Source of the DNA: Cyclobacteriaceae bacterium
GTDB taxonomy: Bacteria > Bacteroidota > Bacteroidia > Cytophagales > Cyclobacteriaceae
NCBI GenBank assembly: GCA_965228105.1
Contig: CBDDGZ010000002.1
Location: 3,806,154 to 3,870,153, forward strand
Length of the DNA: 64,000 nucleotides
Direction: 5' to 3'
A program made the position numbers and the translations under genes. Below, piece by piece: positions 10,006 to 20,156 of the stretch (positions within the stretch are counted from its first letter, which is position 1; each line of letters begins with the position of its first letter). The notes beneath the pieces are model-generated. The model was not told the origin of the DNA. It searched no databases and worked only from the letters and a program-made list of their open reading frames with translations.

Positions 10006-12693
10006 TTATTTATAACCCAATACAGGGGCCATCCATTTTTCTACTTCCTCGACGGTCATATCTTTCCGTTGGGCATAGTCCTGAACCTGATCTTCATAGA
10101 TCTTACCCAGTCCGAAATATTTTGATTCAGGGTGTGAGAAGTAAAAACCACTCACCGATGCAGCAGGCCACATCGCCATGCTTTCCGTAAGTTCAATACC
10201 TGTCTTTGCGGTCACATCCAATAAATCGAAAAGGATAGGTTTTTCTGTATGATCAGGACATGCGGGGTAACCTGGTGCTGGTCTGATGCCACGGTAAGAT
10301 TCCTTGATAAGTGCCTCATTGTCAAGACTCTCTTCAGGTACATACCCCCAAAAAGTGGTCCGGACCTTTTGATGCAATAGCTCCGCAAAAGCCTCGGCTA
10401 ATCTATCTGCAACAGCCTTGATCATGATAGCCATGTAGTCATCATGATCTTTCTCATATTGTTCTGCCAATTCTTTGGCTCCAAAACCAGTTGAAACCGC
10501 AAAACCTCCAAGGTAATCTTTCTTACCACTTTCTACTGGAGCAATAAAGTCTGCCAGGCTTAGATTGGGAATGTTGTCCCCTTTCTTACCTTGCTGGCGC
10601 AAGAAATGAAACTCAGTTAATTCCTTGTGCCTTGAATCATCTTCATACAAAATAACATCATCTCCTTTGGCATTTGCCGGAAACAAGCCAATGACTCCAT
10701 TTGCTTGAAAGAGATTCTCCCGGATCACTTTATCCAGTACCTCATTGGCTTCTTCGAAGAGCTTTTTAGCTTCTTTACCAATTGTGGGGTTGTCAAATAT
10801 TTTGGGGTATTTCCCCTTTAACATCCAGGTACTAAAAAATGGTGTCCAGTCAATGTACTCCCTAATTTCTTCAAGGGAATAATTTTCAAAATATTGAACA
10901 CCCGTCTGCTTTGGCCTGGGTGGATCATAAGAAGCCCATTCAATTTTTGCCTTATTTTTTTGAGCATCTGTAAACTTCACAAAATCCTTTTCGCCCCTTC
11001 TCCCCTGATGGTTGTCTCTTAATGTGGCATACTCGTCCTTTAACTCCTGTACAAATTCCTGTGATACGCTACTGAGTAGTTTAGACACAACCCCGACACT
11101 TTTAGACGCATCGAGCACATGGATGACTGACCCTGAATACTTGGGCTCTATCTTTACAGCAGTATGAATTCTTGAAGTAGTTGCTCCACCAATTAAAAGT
11201 GGCGTAGTCATCTTTCTTCTTTCCATCTCCTCAGCCACATGCACCATCTCATCCAAAGATGGAGTAATCAATCCACTCAAACCAATCACGTCAGCATCCA
11301 CTTTTACAGCTTCATCCAGGATCTTTTCGGCAGGCACCATCACTCCCAGGTCAACAATGTCGTAGTTGTTGCAACCCAATACTACCCCAACAATGTTCTT
11401 TCCAATGTCATGAACATCTCCCTTTACTGTTGCCATCAGGATCTTTCCCTTACTGGAATTTTTACCTGATTTTTCAGCCTCAAGGTAAGGAATCAGATAA
11501 GCTACTGATTTCTTCATCACCCGGGCACTTTTCACCACCTGTGGAAGAAACATCTTTCCGGATCCGAAAAGGTCACCTACCACATTCATACCATCCATCA
11601 AAGGACCTTCAATTACAGTTAGGGGGCTACCAATTTTAATTCTGGCTTCCTCTGTATCCTCTTCTATGTAGTCCACAATACCGTTTACCAATGCATGGCT
11701 AAGCCTGGCCTCAACAGGTTCTTTTCTCCATACATCGTCTTTTACCCTGACTTTTCCCTCTCCTTTTACCTTCTCAGCATATTCCAAAAGTCTTTCAGTA
11801 GCATCATCCCTTCTGTTGAGCAATACATCTTCTACTTTTTCAAGCAACTCTTTTGGGATCTCATCATACACTTCGATCATTCCGGCATTCACGATGCCCA
11901 TATCCATTCCCATGTGGATGGCATGATAAAGAAATGCAGAGTGCATGGCTTCCCTAACCACATCATTCCCTCGAAATGAGAACGACACATTACTTACTCC
12001 TCCGCTTACCTTCGCCCCAGGCAAGTTATCCTTTATCCATTTGGTAGCATTGAAAAAATCTACGGCGTAATTATTATGATCATCAATACCAGTGGCTACA
12101 GGGAAAATATTTGGATCAAAGATGATATCCTGAGGAGGAAACCCTACCTGATCAACCAATATTCTATAAGATCGCTCACAAATCTCAATCCTTCGCTCAT
12201 AGGTATCTGCCTGGCCATCCTCGTCAAATGCCATGACAACCGTAGCAGCTCCATAATATTTGACTTTGGTTGCCTGCTCAATAAACTTCTCTTCACCTTC
12301 CTTAAGCGAAATAGAGTTTACCACACCCTTACCTTGTATACATTGTAAGCCTGCTTCAATGATTTCCCACTTTGAAGAGTCAATCATAATAGGGATCCTG
12401 GCAATTTCCGGCTCAGAGGCTATGAGGTTTAGGAACTTCACCATGGCCGCTTTGCCATCAAGCATACCTTCATCCATATTCACATCCAGAATCTGGGCGC
12501 CATTTCTGACCTGATCAAGTGCTACATCCAGGGCCTCCTCATACTGCTCCTCCCTGATCAGCCGGGCAAAACGACGTGATCCTGTCACATTGGTTCTTTC
12601 ACCAATATTCACAAAATTGGTCTCCTTGGTGATCACCAAAGGTTCCAATCCTGATAACATCAAAGGGGGTATATTTTTAGTATGAGAACTCAT
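10006..12693 (-). CDS. metH: methionine synthase, pterin-binding + B12-cap/B12-binding + AdoMet-activation modules (lacks Hcy module)
   Basis: Begins with the pterin-binding barrel ([15 protein letters not shown]). B12 motif [12 protein letters not shown]-terminal reactivation domain. ORF track start 12699 is TTG; the first ATG is at 12693. Confidence 0.9.
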   Translation of the reverse strand: MSSHTKNIPPLMLSGLEPLVITKETNFVNIGERTNVTGSRRFARLIREEQYEEALDVALDQVRNGAQILDVNMDEGMLDGKAAMVKFLNLIASEPEIARIPIMIDSSKWEIIEAGLQCIQGKGVVNSISLKEGEEKFIEQATKVKYYGAATVVMAFDEDGQADTYERRIEICERSYRILVDQVGFPPQDIIFDPNIFPVATGIDDHNNYAVDFFNATKWIKDNLPGAKVSGGVSNVSFSFRGNDVVREAMHSAFLYHAIHMGMDMGIVNAGMIEVYDEIPKELLEKVEDVLLNRRDDATERLLEYAEKVKGEGKVRVKDDVWRKEPVEARLSHALVNGIVDYIEEDTEEARIKIGSPLTVIEGPLMDGMNVVGDLFGSGKMFLPQVVKSARVMKKSVAYLIPYLEAEKSGKNSSKGKILMATVKGDVHDIGKNIVGVVLGCNNYDIVDLGVMVPAEKILDEAVKVDADVIGLSGLITPSLDEMVHVAEEMERRKMTTPLLIGGATTSRIHTAVKIEPKYSGSVIHVLDASKSVGVVSKLLSSVSQEFVQELKDEYATLRDNHQGRRGEKDFVKFTDAQKNKAKIEWASYDPPRPKQTGVQYFENYSLEEIREYIDWTPFFSTWMLKGKYPKIFDNPTIGKEAKKLFEEANEVLDKVIRENLFQANGVIGLFPANAKGDDVILYEDDSRHKELTEFHFLRQQGKKGDNIPNLSLADFIAPVESGKKDYLGGFAVSTGFGAKELAEQYEKDHDDYMAIMIKAVADRLAEAFAELLHQKVRTTFWGYVPEESLDNEALIKESYRGIRPAPGYPACPDHTEKPILFDLLDVTAKTGIELTESMAMWPAASVSGFYFSHPESKYFGLGKIYEDQVQDYAQRKDMTVEEVEKWMAPVLGYK

Positions 12694-12738
12694 CCTCAAA
12701 ATTTGATTCTTGAAAAAGTGAATTGAAAAAGAAAAGAA

Positions 12739-13176
12739 TTACATCAATACCTGCCAGTTGTCATCGACACCACCATAAGCCCAGTCACGGTATTTTTCAT
12801 CACCACCACGAGCTGACCAGTCTGAGTCAATGGTAAGTTTACTACTTATTCCACCTCGCGGATTACAGTTCATGACGATCCTGAGCCTGTCAGGCTGATA
12901 TACCTTCATCAGGTCTTCATAGAAAATATTGATCAATCTTTCGTAAGAAACAGTGATATCCCTTAGTTGAAAGACATATTGTTTTAAAGATTTTAATTCG
13001 ATGATTTTTTTCTGAGGGTAAAAAGTAAGATATACGTTGGCAAAATCCGGTTGCTCCTTCACTCCTAAAAAGGTGAATTCCGGTATTTTGATTTTTATCT
13101 CATAAGCTTCTTTCGAAGGATTAGGGATTGCCTTAAGGATGTCCCTGTCTATAGCATCATACAATTTCGCTGACAT
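12739..13176 (-). CDS. QueF-like T-fold protein lacking the catalytic cysteine
   Basis: 145 aa, colinear with type-I QueF: [19 protein letters not shown] (QueF motif), NPRGGIS. The SLCPKTGQPDF Cys position reads [13 protein letters not shown] 13176 lies 20 nt inside the upstream gene. Confidence 0.7.
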   Translation of the reverse strand: MSAKLYDAIDRDILKAIPNPSKEAYEIKIKIPEFTFLGVKEQPDFANVYLTFYPQKKIIELKSLKQYVFQLRDITVSYERLINIFYEDLMKVYQPDRLRIVMNCNPRGGISSKLTIDSDWSARGGDEKYRDWAYGGVDDNWQVLM

Positions 13177-14173
13177 GATTCAATTTTTGTTTTCTAGGTT
13201 GATATTTTTTAGCCACTTCGGCAATTTCTTTGATGTGTTCTGGAGTGGTGCCACAGCAGCCTCCAATGATGTTGAGCCATCCATTTTTCAAGAACTCTTC
13301 AATCTGATCACGCATCTCTTGTGGAGTCTGATCATACTCCCCAAACTCATTGGGCAGCCCTGCATTGGGATGGGCACTCGTAGCAAAGTCCGATTTCTCC
13401 GAAATGATTTGGAGGTATGGTCTAAGCTGACTGGCTCCCAGTGCACAGTTCAGCCCAACACTTATTAGCGGCATATGGGATATGGAAATAAGGAATGCTT
13501 CGGTGGTTTGTCCGGATAGCGTCCTTCCACTGGCATCAGTAATGGTGCCCGACACCATCACCGGTAACTCTATTCCTCTTTGCTTGAATAAATCAGAGAT
13601 CCCAAACAAGGCTGCTTTTGCATTGAGTGTATCAAAAACTGTTTCCACCAAAAGCATGTCTACTCCCCCGTCAATTAAAGCAGTAGCTTGTTGCTGATAA
13701 GCTTTAGCCAGTTCCTCGAAGGTGACGGCCCTGTAGCCAGGATTATCTACATCGGGGGAAATGGATGCAGTTCGGTTAGTAGGTCCCATGGCACCAGCAA
13801 CAAACCTTGGTTTTTCAGGTTGTTGCAAGGTAACCTCATCAGCAACTTCTCTTGCTATTTTTGCAGACTGATAATTTAGTTCATAAACAATATCCTCTAA
13901 GTGATAATCAGCCTGTGCGATCGTCGTTCCGCTAAAAGTATTAGTCTCTGCTATATCTGCCCCTGCTTCAAAATATAGACGATGGATATCCTTGATAATA
14001 TCCGGTCTGGTAATTGATAACAAATCATTGTTTCCTTTTAATGGAAATTTATGATCCCTGAGCGCCTCATTTCTGAAGTCTTCTTCTTCCAGCTTATGAC
14101 GCTGAATCATCGTACCCATGGCACCATCCAGTACCAGAATCCGCTCAGAAAGTATCTCTTGAATTTTGCTCAT
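13157..14173 (-). CDS. homocysteine S-methyltransferase domain protein (N-terminal module of split MetH)
   Basis: 338 aa. S-methyl_trans motifs ([30 protein letters not shown] Zn-Cys cluster). Confidence 0.9.
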   Translation of the reverse strand: MSKIQEILSERILVLDGAMGTMIQRHKLEEEDFRNEALRDHKFPLKGNNDLLSITRPDIIKDIHRLYFEAGADIAETNTFSGTTIAQADYHLEDIVYELNYQSAKIAREVADEVTLQQPEKPRFVAGAMGPTNRTASISPDVDNPGYRAVTFEELAKAYQQQATALIDGGVDMLLVETVFDTLNAKAALFGISDLFKQRGIELPVMVSGTITDASGRTLSGQTTEAFLISISHMPLISVGLNCALGASQLRPYLQIISEKSDFATSAHPNAGLPNEFGEYDQTPQEMRDQIEEFLKNGWLNIIGGCCGTTPEHIKEIAEVAKKYQPRKQKLNHVSEIV

Positions 14174-14237
14174 CCTTTTCTATTTCTTCCTAAAACCGTG
14201 CTTATCAGAAAAGGATTCACGATGTGGTGATAATCTC

Positions 14238-14346
14238 ACTCATCTGTCCGCTTTATGCGGATGGGATTTGGCACCGAAAACCGCTTGCTGGCAGTAAGGT
14301 TGCCAAGGTGTCACAGGGCCCTATCCCTCGACCTTTCTTGATAAGT
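14238..14346 (-). promoter_or_regulatory. SAM-I (S-box) riboswitch aptamer upstream of the split metH operon
   Basis: Minus strand reads ACUUAUCAAGAAAGGUCGAGGGAUAGGGCCCUGUGACACCUUGGCAACC...GGUGCCAAAUCC...AGAUGAGU. This matches the conserved SAM-I core and P1 pairing. It sits 65 nt upstream of ATG 14173. Confidence 0.8.
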
Positions 14347-14439
14347 CCCGCAAAGATACATTCCTTTTTTAGTATTAAAAACAAATGTCGATTGTGATAA
14401 AAAAATCGTTTGATATTAAAAATTGAATACTTTTGAAAA

Positions 14440-15414
14440 ATGGCTATACCCGGATTAAGACTCATTATTTCATTACTGATTATTGCAATAAGCTCTGAGC
14501 TGTTCTCACAGGTAAATCAACAGCTTGTTGATCAGTTTGCTGCCTCTTATGCAGCTAAAAACAATGTTCCTCTAAGTGAAATCAATGAAATCCTGTCGGG
14601 AGCTACCTTTCAGCAATCCATAGTGGATAAAATGGATCGGCCAGCAGAAAAGAAATTGTACTGGAACCAGTATCGAAAAATCTTCATTACCCAGGAGAGA
14701 ATTGATGCAGGTATTGAGTTTGTAACAAAACATCAATACGTGCTGCAGCAAGTCAGCGAGGAAACGGGTGTACCTCAAGAGATTATCGCTGCGATAATCG
14801 GTGTGGAAACTTATTTTGGACGCATCAAGGGAAACTACAAAGTGTTAGACGCCCTGTACACTTTATCATTCGCCTATCCCCGAAGGGCGAAATACTTTCA
14901 ATCTGAGCTGGAAGAATTTATCTCGCTTTCGGAAAAAGAAAACCTGAATATTTATGAGCTGAGAGGTTCTTATGCAGGAGCCATTGGTTACTGTCAGTTT
15001 ATGCCTAGCAGTTACAGAGCCTATGCGGTAAGTTTTGATGAAGGAACCAGAGACCTGGTTCATTCACCCCAGGATGCCATTGCCAGCGTAGGCAATTACC
15101 TTAAAGTACATCGATGGAAAAGAGGGGTTCCTATCGCCTCACAGGCTAGTGTTTCAGAGAATGCCGAACCTCACTCACAAACCTCACCTAAAGCAAATAG
15201 CATCGTGGCTCATTATGTAGAGAAGGGCTACCGTCCGACTGATAACTGGCACCCTCAAACCAGTGTAGCATTGATGCAGTTTGAGTCTGAGACTGCTAAT
15301 GAGTACTGGTTTGGTACTGATAACTTTTATGTGATTACACGATATAATCACAGCCCACTTTATGCTTTGGCGGTATTTCAATTAGCCCAGGAGATTAAAG
15401 CAGCAACGCCTTAA
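14440..15414 (+). CDS. mltB: lytic murein transglycosylase (MltB/SLT_2 family)
   Basis: 324 aa with a signal peptide. Motifs IIGVETYFG and GAIGYCQFMPSSY. Confidence 0.8.
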   Translation: MAIPGLRLIISLLIIAISSELFSQVNQQLVDQFAASYAAKNNVPLSEINEILSGATFQQSIVDKMDRPAEKKLYWNQYRKIFITQERIDAGIEFVTKHQYVLQQVSEETGVPQEIIAAIIGVETYFGRIKGNYKVLDALYTLSFAYPRRAKYFQSELEEFISLSEKENLNIYELRGSYAGAIGYCQFMPSSYRAYAVSFDEGTRDLVHSPQDAIASVGNYLKVHRWKRGVPIASQASVSENAEPHSQTSPKANSIVAHYVEKGYRPTDNWHPQTSVALMQFESETANEYWFGTDNFYVITRYNHSPLYALAVFQLAQEIKAATP

Positions 15415-16340
15415 ACCGAAACTGGGTCAAAAACTTCTTTGATGGCTCTCAATGAAACCCTCAGCACATCGCCCAAAAGTGGATCAGAATAGTCGCGCCC
15501 AATTTTCGGTCCTCCAATTTCCAGGTATCCTACTACCTCCTCTACCGGCCATGTTTCTTTGTGGCTATCACAGATTCTACGGATCTCCCTTAGATCAATA
15601 ATCCCTTTTTTAAGCTCATCCGGAGAGAACCCAAAGGTGCTCCCATATATTTCATCGGTATTCTTGAAATGAAATTCTGACATCATGGGAATCCCATGGA
15701 CGAAAAGATCAAGATTACTATGAACTATTTTTTGGTTTTCATCAGCCAACCCGTGAGATATGTCACCACAAAGCCAGACCGGAACGGTAGAAGATTGATG
15801 CTGTTTATGATAATCATTTAACTCACCAATCATATAGTCCATCTCCGCCGGAGTAGTTGGGGGCTCTGCCAGACTCGACATAGGTTCCACATTAAACGCT
15901 TTAAGGCCCTTTTCGTCTGCCAGGTGTTGCAGCTCCTTCATGTGTTTTAGGTAAGTGCATATTCCCCCCTCTTTCTTATGGAATTGATCACGATAGACAG
16001 CACCCGGATTTGTACCGGCATAATCTACACCAAGAATACCTGCAATATGAATATACTTTTCATACATTTTGCGAGTCGCCTTCTCCATGTAAGGGTCATC
16101 ATAAAAAAAGCCACCAAATTCCCTGTAAGCAGAGAACATGCTTTTGATCTTCAAACCACGTTTTTCAGCCTTTTCCCTCAGCTCAATGAAATAGCCATCA
16201 TCGTCCATATGAAACATCTCGAAAAATGCACCCAATTGAATAAACTTGATCTCCTCCTCTGCCAAAAGATCAAACAGCCAATCGAAGCTGTATCGGGTGG
16301 TAATCGGATCTGTTTTAATACCTATCTCTACAATGCTCAT
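15411..16340 (-). CDS. sugar phosphate isomerase/epimerase (xylose isomerase-like TIM barrel)
   Basis: 309 aa with AP_endonuc_2-like pattern (FIQLG, NVEPM, CGDISH). ATG confirmed at 16340. Confidence 0.75.
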   Translation of the reverse strand: MSIVEIGIKTDPITTRYSFDWLFDLLAEEEIKFIQLGAFFEMFHMDDDGYFIELREKAEKRGLKIKSMFSAYREFGGFFYDDPYMEKATRKMYEKYIHIAGILGVDYAGTNPGAVYRDQFHKKEGGICTYLKHMKELQHLADEKGLKAFNVEPMSSLAEPPTTPAEMDYMIGELNDYHKQHQSSTVPVWLCGDISHGLADENQKIVHSNLDLFVHGIPMMSEFHFKNTDEIYGSTFGFSPDELKKGIIDLREIRRICDSHKETWPVEEVVGYLEIGGPKIGRDYSDPLLGDVLRVSLRAIKEVFDPVSV

Positions 16341-16349
16341 GACTAAATA

Positions 16350-17399
16350 TCAGGAATTTAACATTTCAAAGATCACTTTATTGTGGAATTGCTTCTTATC
16401 CACAATACTTTGAAAAATTTCAGGACCATCATCAAGTGACACGACATCTGTGATCAGAGGTTCAACGATCAATGACTTATCCATATAATTCAATACTGTG
16501 GTCCAGTCATCGGTGCCTCTTGGAAATATCTTGCTGTTCCAGGTCCCGTAAATATTTAACTCCCTTCTTAAGATGGTACTGAAAGCCTTCTCACCAATTG
16601 AGAATTCACCCATGATATTGCCCATAAACACCACCTCCCCTGCCCGGGAAGCCACATCCAATGCCTGAAGGAATGTTTGAGGCAAACCGCAAGCTTCGAT
16701 GACATTTTGAGCGCCTTCTCCCCCTGTTATTTCCACTATAGTTTCAACAGGATCAGATGCTAAACTATTGATCGTATGAAATCCCATATCCTGCGAAATG
16801 GCCAGTTTGCGATCATCAATATCCGTAACGATCACCTTCTCGCAGCCATGAATTCTCAGCCACTGGGCACACATATTCCCTATAGGACCTCCACCTATTA
16901 CCACTCCGGTATTGCCAGCATTTATTTTCATTCTCCTGACCCCATGCAATGCTACAGCCGCAGGCTCGGTCATTGAAGCATGCCGGGTTTTAACGTGATC
17001 GGGGATCTTAAAAAGATTTATTTCCGGAACCCTCAGGTACTCACTGAATGCACCGTCTCTCCGCGACCCGAAATAATCATATTCCTTTAGCTGGGCCCAA
17101 TCCCCTGTCTGATATGCTGTTTCTTCTTTGTTTGTTGGTATCAAGGGAAATACAGCTACCCTGTCCCCTTCCCGAAACTGACTACCCTCCCTGGTTTCAG
17201 CAACAATCCCGCTGAATTCGTGCCCCATAACCAGGGGGTAGTGATAAGCTTTTCCCCCAAATCCCCTGGGGATGTCTGACCCACATATCCCACAAGCAGC
17301 CACCTTTATCAAGATACTATCAGGAGTCGGCCCATCAACTATAGGGTGACTGTTGCTTACTTTCAGTTTTTTATTGCCTTCAAGTACCAGGGCTTTCAT
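16350..17399 (-). CDS. zinc-dependent alcohol/polyol(-phosphate) dehydrogenase (MDR family)
   Basis: CGICGSD, GHEFSG, Rossmann VIGGGPIG. Resembles sorbitol / galactitol-1-phosphate dehydrogenases. Confidence 0.85.
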   Translation of the reverse strand: MKALVLEGNKKLKVSNSHPIVDGPTPDSILIKVAACGICGSDIPRGFGGKAYHYPLVMGHEFSGIVAETREGSQFREGDRVAVFPLIPTNKEETAYQTGDWAQLKEYDYFGSRRDGAFSEYLRVPEINLFKIPDHVKTRHASMTEPAAVALHGVRRMKINAGNTGVVIGGGPIGNMCAQWLRIHGCEKVIVTDIDDRKLAISQDMGFHTINSLASDPVETIVEITGGEGAQNVIEACGLPQTFLQALDVASRAGEVVFMGNIMGEFSIGEKAFSTILRRELNIYGTWNSKIFPRGTDDWTTVLNYMDKSLIVEPLITDVVSLDDGPEIFQSIVDKKQFHNKVIFEMLNS

Positions 17400-17501
17400 A
17401 GGGATCGTGATCTGAACTAACTGGGATTACACTCAAAATTAATCATATATAATTTTAAATGATCAATTATAATTAAATTTGATAAAAATTAATCACGTTA
17501 A

Positions 17502-18176
17502 ATGGCAGACAGAAAAATAGGCTATTCGCCCTCTATGATGTGTGCAGACTTCCTGGACCTCAAAAAGGAACTAGACACACTTATAGAACAAAAAATTGAA
17601 TTGCTCCACATAGACATCATGGACGGTCAATATGTCCCCAACTTCACGCTTGGACCTGATATTGCTAAAATGATGCATGACTACAGTGGGATCACATTAG
17701 ATTATCATTTAATGATTGAAGAAGTCGATCGATCACTTGATCTATTCACCAGTATTGCCGGATCTACCATTACCTTTCATCCGGAAACATCCAGACATCC
17801 TGCCAGAACAATTCAAGCTATTCGTGATGCCGGTTGTAAACCTTCCATAGCTATTGATCCTGCACAAACCATCCATTCGATGAACCATCTTTTCCCACTG
17901 GTTGATATGGTCTGTGTAATGACAGTAAACCCAGGTTATTCAGGTCAGAAACTTCTTCCTTTTTGTATTGACAAAATAGCAGAGTTAACCGATTTGAAAT
18001 CAACTCTTCAGGCCGAATTTCTTATAGAAGTAGATGGAAATGTGAGCTGGGAAAATATCCCGAAGATGATAGATGCGGGTACGGATATATTAGTGCTAGG
18101 CACATCCTCGGTATTTAATAATTCTTTGTCAAGGGTTAAGGCCTATGAGAAACTAAACAGGATGGTGCAATCATGA
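17502..18176 (+). CDS. ribulose-phosphate 3-epimerase family protein (allulose-6-P 3-epimerase-like)
   Basis: 224 aa. Motifs HIDIMDGQYVPN, TFHPE, MTVNPGYSGQ, VDGN. Confidence 0.85.
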   Translation: MADRKIGYSPSMMCADFLDLKKELDTLIEQKIELLHIDIMDGQYVPNFTLGPDIAKMMHDYSGITLDYHLMIEEVDRSLDLFTSIAGSTITFHPETSRHPARTIQAIRDAGCKPSIAIDPAQTIHSMNHLFPLVDMVCVMTVNPGYSGQKLLPFCIDKIAELTDLKSTLQAEFLIEVDGNVSWENIPKMIDAGTDILVLGTSSVFNNSLSRVKAYEKLNRMVQS

Positions 18177-19276
18177 AAAACAGCATTTATTATCTGGATA
18201 GACCAAATGGAGATTTCTCTCGTATAGAGCGGCCTATCGAAGGACCCGGGCCAGGTGAGATCTTATTAAGAACACGACGTACTTCTGTCTGTCAAAGTGA
18301 TGTGGTGATCTATAAACATGGTCTCCCCCGAATCAAAGATTGGCCGGCAATTATATTACATGAAGCATGCTGCACTGTGGAGGCTATTGGGCAGGGAGTC
18401 ACAAAATTCCAGCCAGGTGATCTTGTTGGGTTAGGCTGTGATATTCCCTGTGGTGACCTTGAATGTATCTACTGTGGAAGAAATGGCACTGGAGATTGGA
18501 CCAGCTGCCCCAATACGATTGCTACAGGCCATGAATTTCCTGGTTTCGCCAGGTCATATGCCATACTCCCAGCCTGGTTTGTGGAGTTAGGACCTATTAA
18601 AAAGTTCGATAACGATATAAACCCGGATCATGTCTGCCAGATGGAACCTCTTGCCTGTACCCTGGAGGGAATGACCCGGGTAAACAGATGTATCGAAGAT
18701 CGGGTAGTAGTATTAATTGGAGCAGGTTCCCAAAGCACCTATGCCCTACAGTGTGCTCAGGCTATGGGTGCCAGGAAAATCATCGTTGTTAACCGGGGAG
18801 CTGAACGGCTCAATCGTGTAGTTCGGGATTTTGGAGACGAGCGGACTGTTGGTATCCGATGGGATGATCAGGTTGTCGAAAATGTACTAAAGGCCTGTAA
18901 GCCATTCAACGAGCCTCATTTTATCATGATGAACGTACCTCATCAATCCGGCTATGAACTAGCTGTAAAACTGGTCGGGTATAATACGGTACTGGACGCA
19001 CATGCTGGTGTGAAAGGAGCTGAAGGAAAACCTCCTATCATCCACGAGTTGGATTTGAACAATGATGTCCATTACAAGCTACAATGCTACCAGGCCACCC
19101 ATGGTAGCTCAATGCATGGAATTGACCTGGCATATGAAATGATCAATCAGAAAAGGTTAAAGTTAATAGATAAGATGACTGATGATTCGGAGCATTTTTC
19201 TCATCATGAAATCAAAAAAGCCATCAGTAGGGCTGCAGATTCTGATAGCTTAAAGGTCATTATAAACTGGGATTAG
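18173..19276 (+). CDS. zinc-binding dehydrogenase (MDR family, threonine/polyol dehydrogenase-like)
   Basis: 367 aa. CQSDV, HEACC, structural-Zn Cys cluster CGDLECIYCG, Rossmann LIGAGSQS. 4-nt overlap with the epimerase gene. Confidence 0.8.
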   Translation: MKNSIYYLDRPNGDFSRIERPIEGPGPGEILLRTRRTSVCQSDVVIYKHGLPRIKDWPAIILHEACCTVEAIGQGVTKFQPGDLVGLGCDIPCGDLECIYCGRNGTGDWTSCPNTIATGHEFPGFARSYAILPAWFVELGPIKKFDNDINPDHVCQMEPLACTLEGMTRVNRCIEDRVVVLIGAGSQSTYALQCAQAMGARKIIVVNRGAERLNRVVRDFGDERTVGIRWDDQVVENVLKACKPFNEPHFIMMNVPHQSGYELAVKLVGYNTVLDAHAGVKGAEGKPPIIHELDLNNDVHYKLQCYQATHGSSMHGIDLAYEMINQKRLKLIDKMTDDSEHFSHHEIKKAISRAADSDSLKVIINWD

Positions 19277-19280
19277 ACCG

Positions 19281-20048
19281 ATGCATCAGAAGGGTAGATT
19301 ACAATTGATCTTAAACAAGCTGGATGAAGTAGCAGAGCTTTCTGTAGAGGATACATGTAAGCTACTGGATGTATCTCCAGCTACAGTTCGAAGGGATTTT
19401 AACTTACTCACCACAAACAATAAGGTGGAGAAGACCTGGGGAGGGATTGCCAAAGCCGGCCTGCTAAATGACATGAAGCCGCTGCAATTCCGGCAAACCC
19501 AAAACATTAGAGAGAAAAGAGAAATCGCAGAAAAAGCAGTTGATTTGATCAGTGATGGGGATGTAATCATTATTGATGGAGGTACCACCACACTGGAAAT
19601 GGCTCCATTAATTGCTAATCGAAAGATTCGGGTAATCACAAACTCCTTGCTCATTGCTCACAAGATTCATGAAAAGCGATCCGGATGGACTGGTGCAGAG
19701 CTGTTTCTTTCAGGAGGATTCTTATATCCTGATTCCGGGCTGTTTGTGGGCCCAGAGGCCAATAAAAACCTCCGGCAATACCATGCGAACATGGTATTTC
19801 TTTCTGTCGGCGGCATTGATGAGCACCTAATTACCAACTCCAATCAGATGGTGGTGGAAACCGAACGTACCATGATGAGTCAGAGTGATCAGGTGATCAT
19901 CCTGGCGGACAAAAGTAAATTTGGCAACAAAGCCATGGTCCGGTTATGTGACCTTAAGGAAATAGATACGATCATTACCAATCAGGATTCTGACCCGCTT
20001 ATATTGAAGGCAATAGCACGTGCTGGCACTCGAATTATCAAAGATTAG
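19281..20048 (+). CDS. DeoR family transcriptional regulator
   Basis: N-terminal DeoR HTH (VEDTCKLLDVSPATVRRDFNLL) and a C-terminal DeoRC sugar-phosphate sensor domain. Confidence 0.9.
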   Translation: MHQKGRLQLILNKLDEVAELSVEDTCKLLDVSPATVRRDFNLLTTNNKVEKTWGGIAKAGLLNDMKPLQFRQTQNIREKREIAEKAVDLISDGDVIIIDGGTTTLEMAPLIANRKIRVITNSLLIAHKIHEKRSGWTGAELFLSGGFLYPDSGLFVGPEANKNLRQYHANMVFLSVGGIDEHLITNSNQMVVETERTMMSQSDQVIILADKSKFGNKAMVRLCDLKEIDTIITNQDSDPLILKAIARAGTRIIKD

Positions 20049-20156
20049 ATCAAATCTCTTCACATTCTGTTTGAATTATCGACTTTTAATAATCCTCTCT
20101 ATGAAAAAAGACGAAATCATCCTAACTTGATGGTTTGTAACCAAATCCAGAAATCA

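Noticed and set aside
14253-14465. 70-aa minus-strand ORF upstream of the metH operon
   Set aside because: It lies over the SAM-I riboswitch aptamer and the mltB start region. The conserved RNA motif explains the sequence better.
20049-20156. Possible Moco riboswitch or leader peptide (9-codon uORF at 20101) upstream of the IorAB-type genes
   Set aside because: I could not recognise the conserved Moco RNA motif core, and the micro-ORF has no supporting features.
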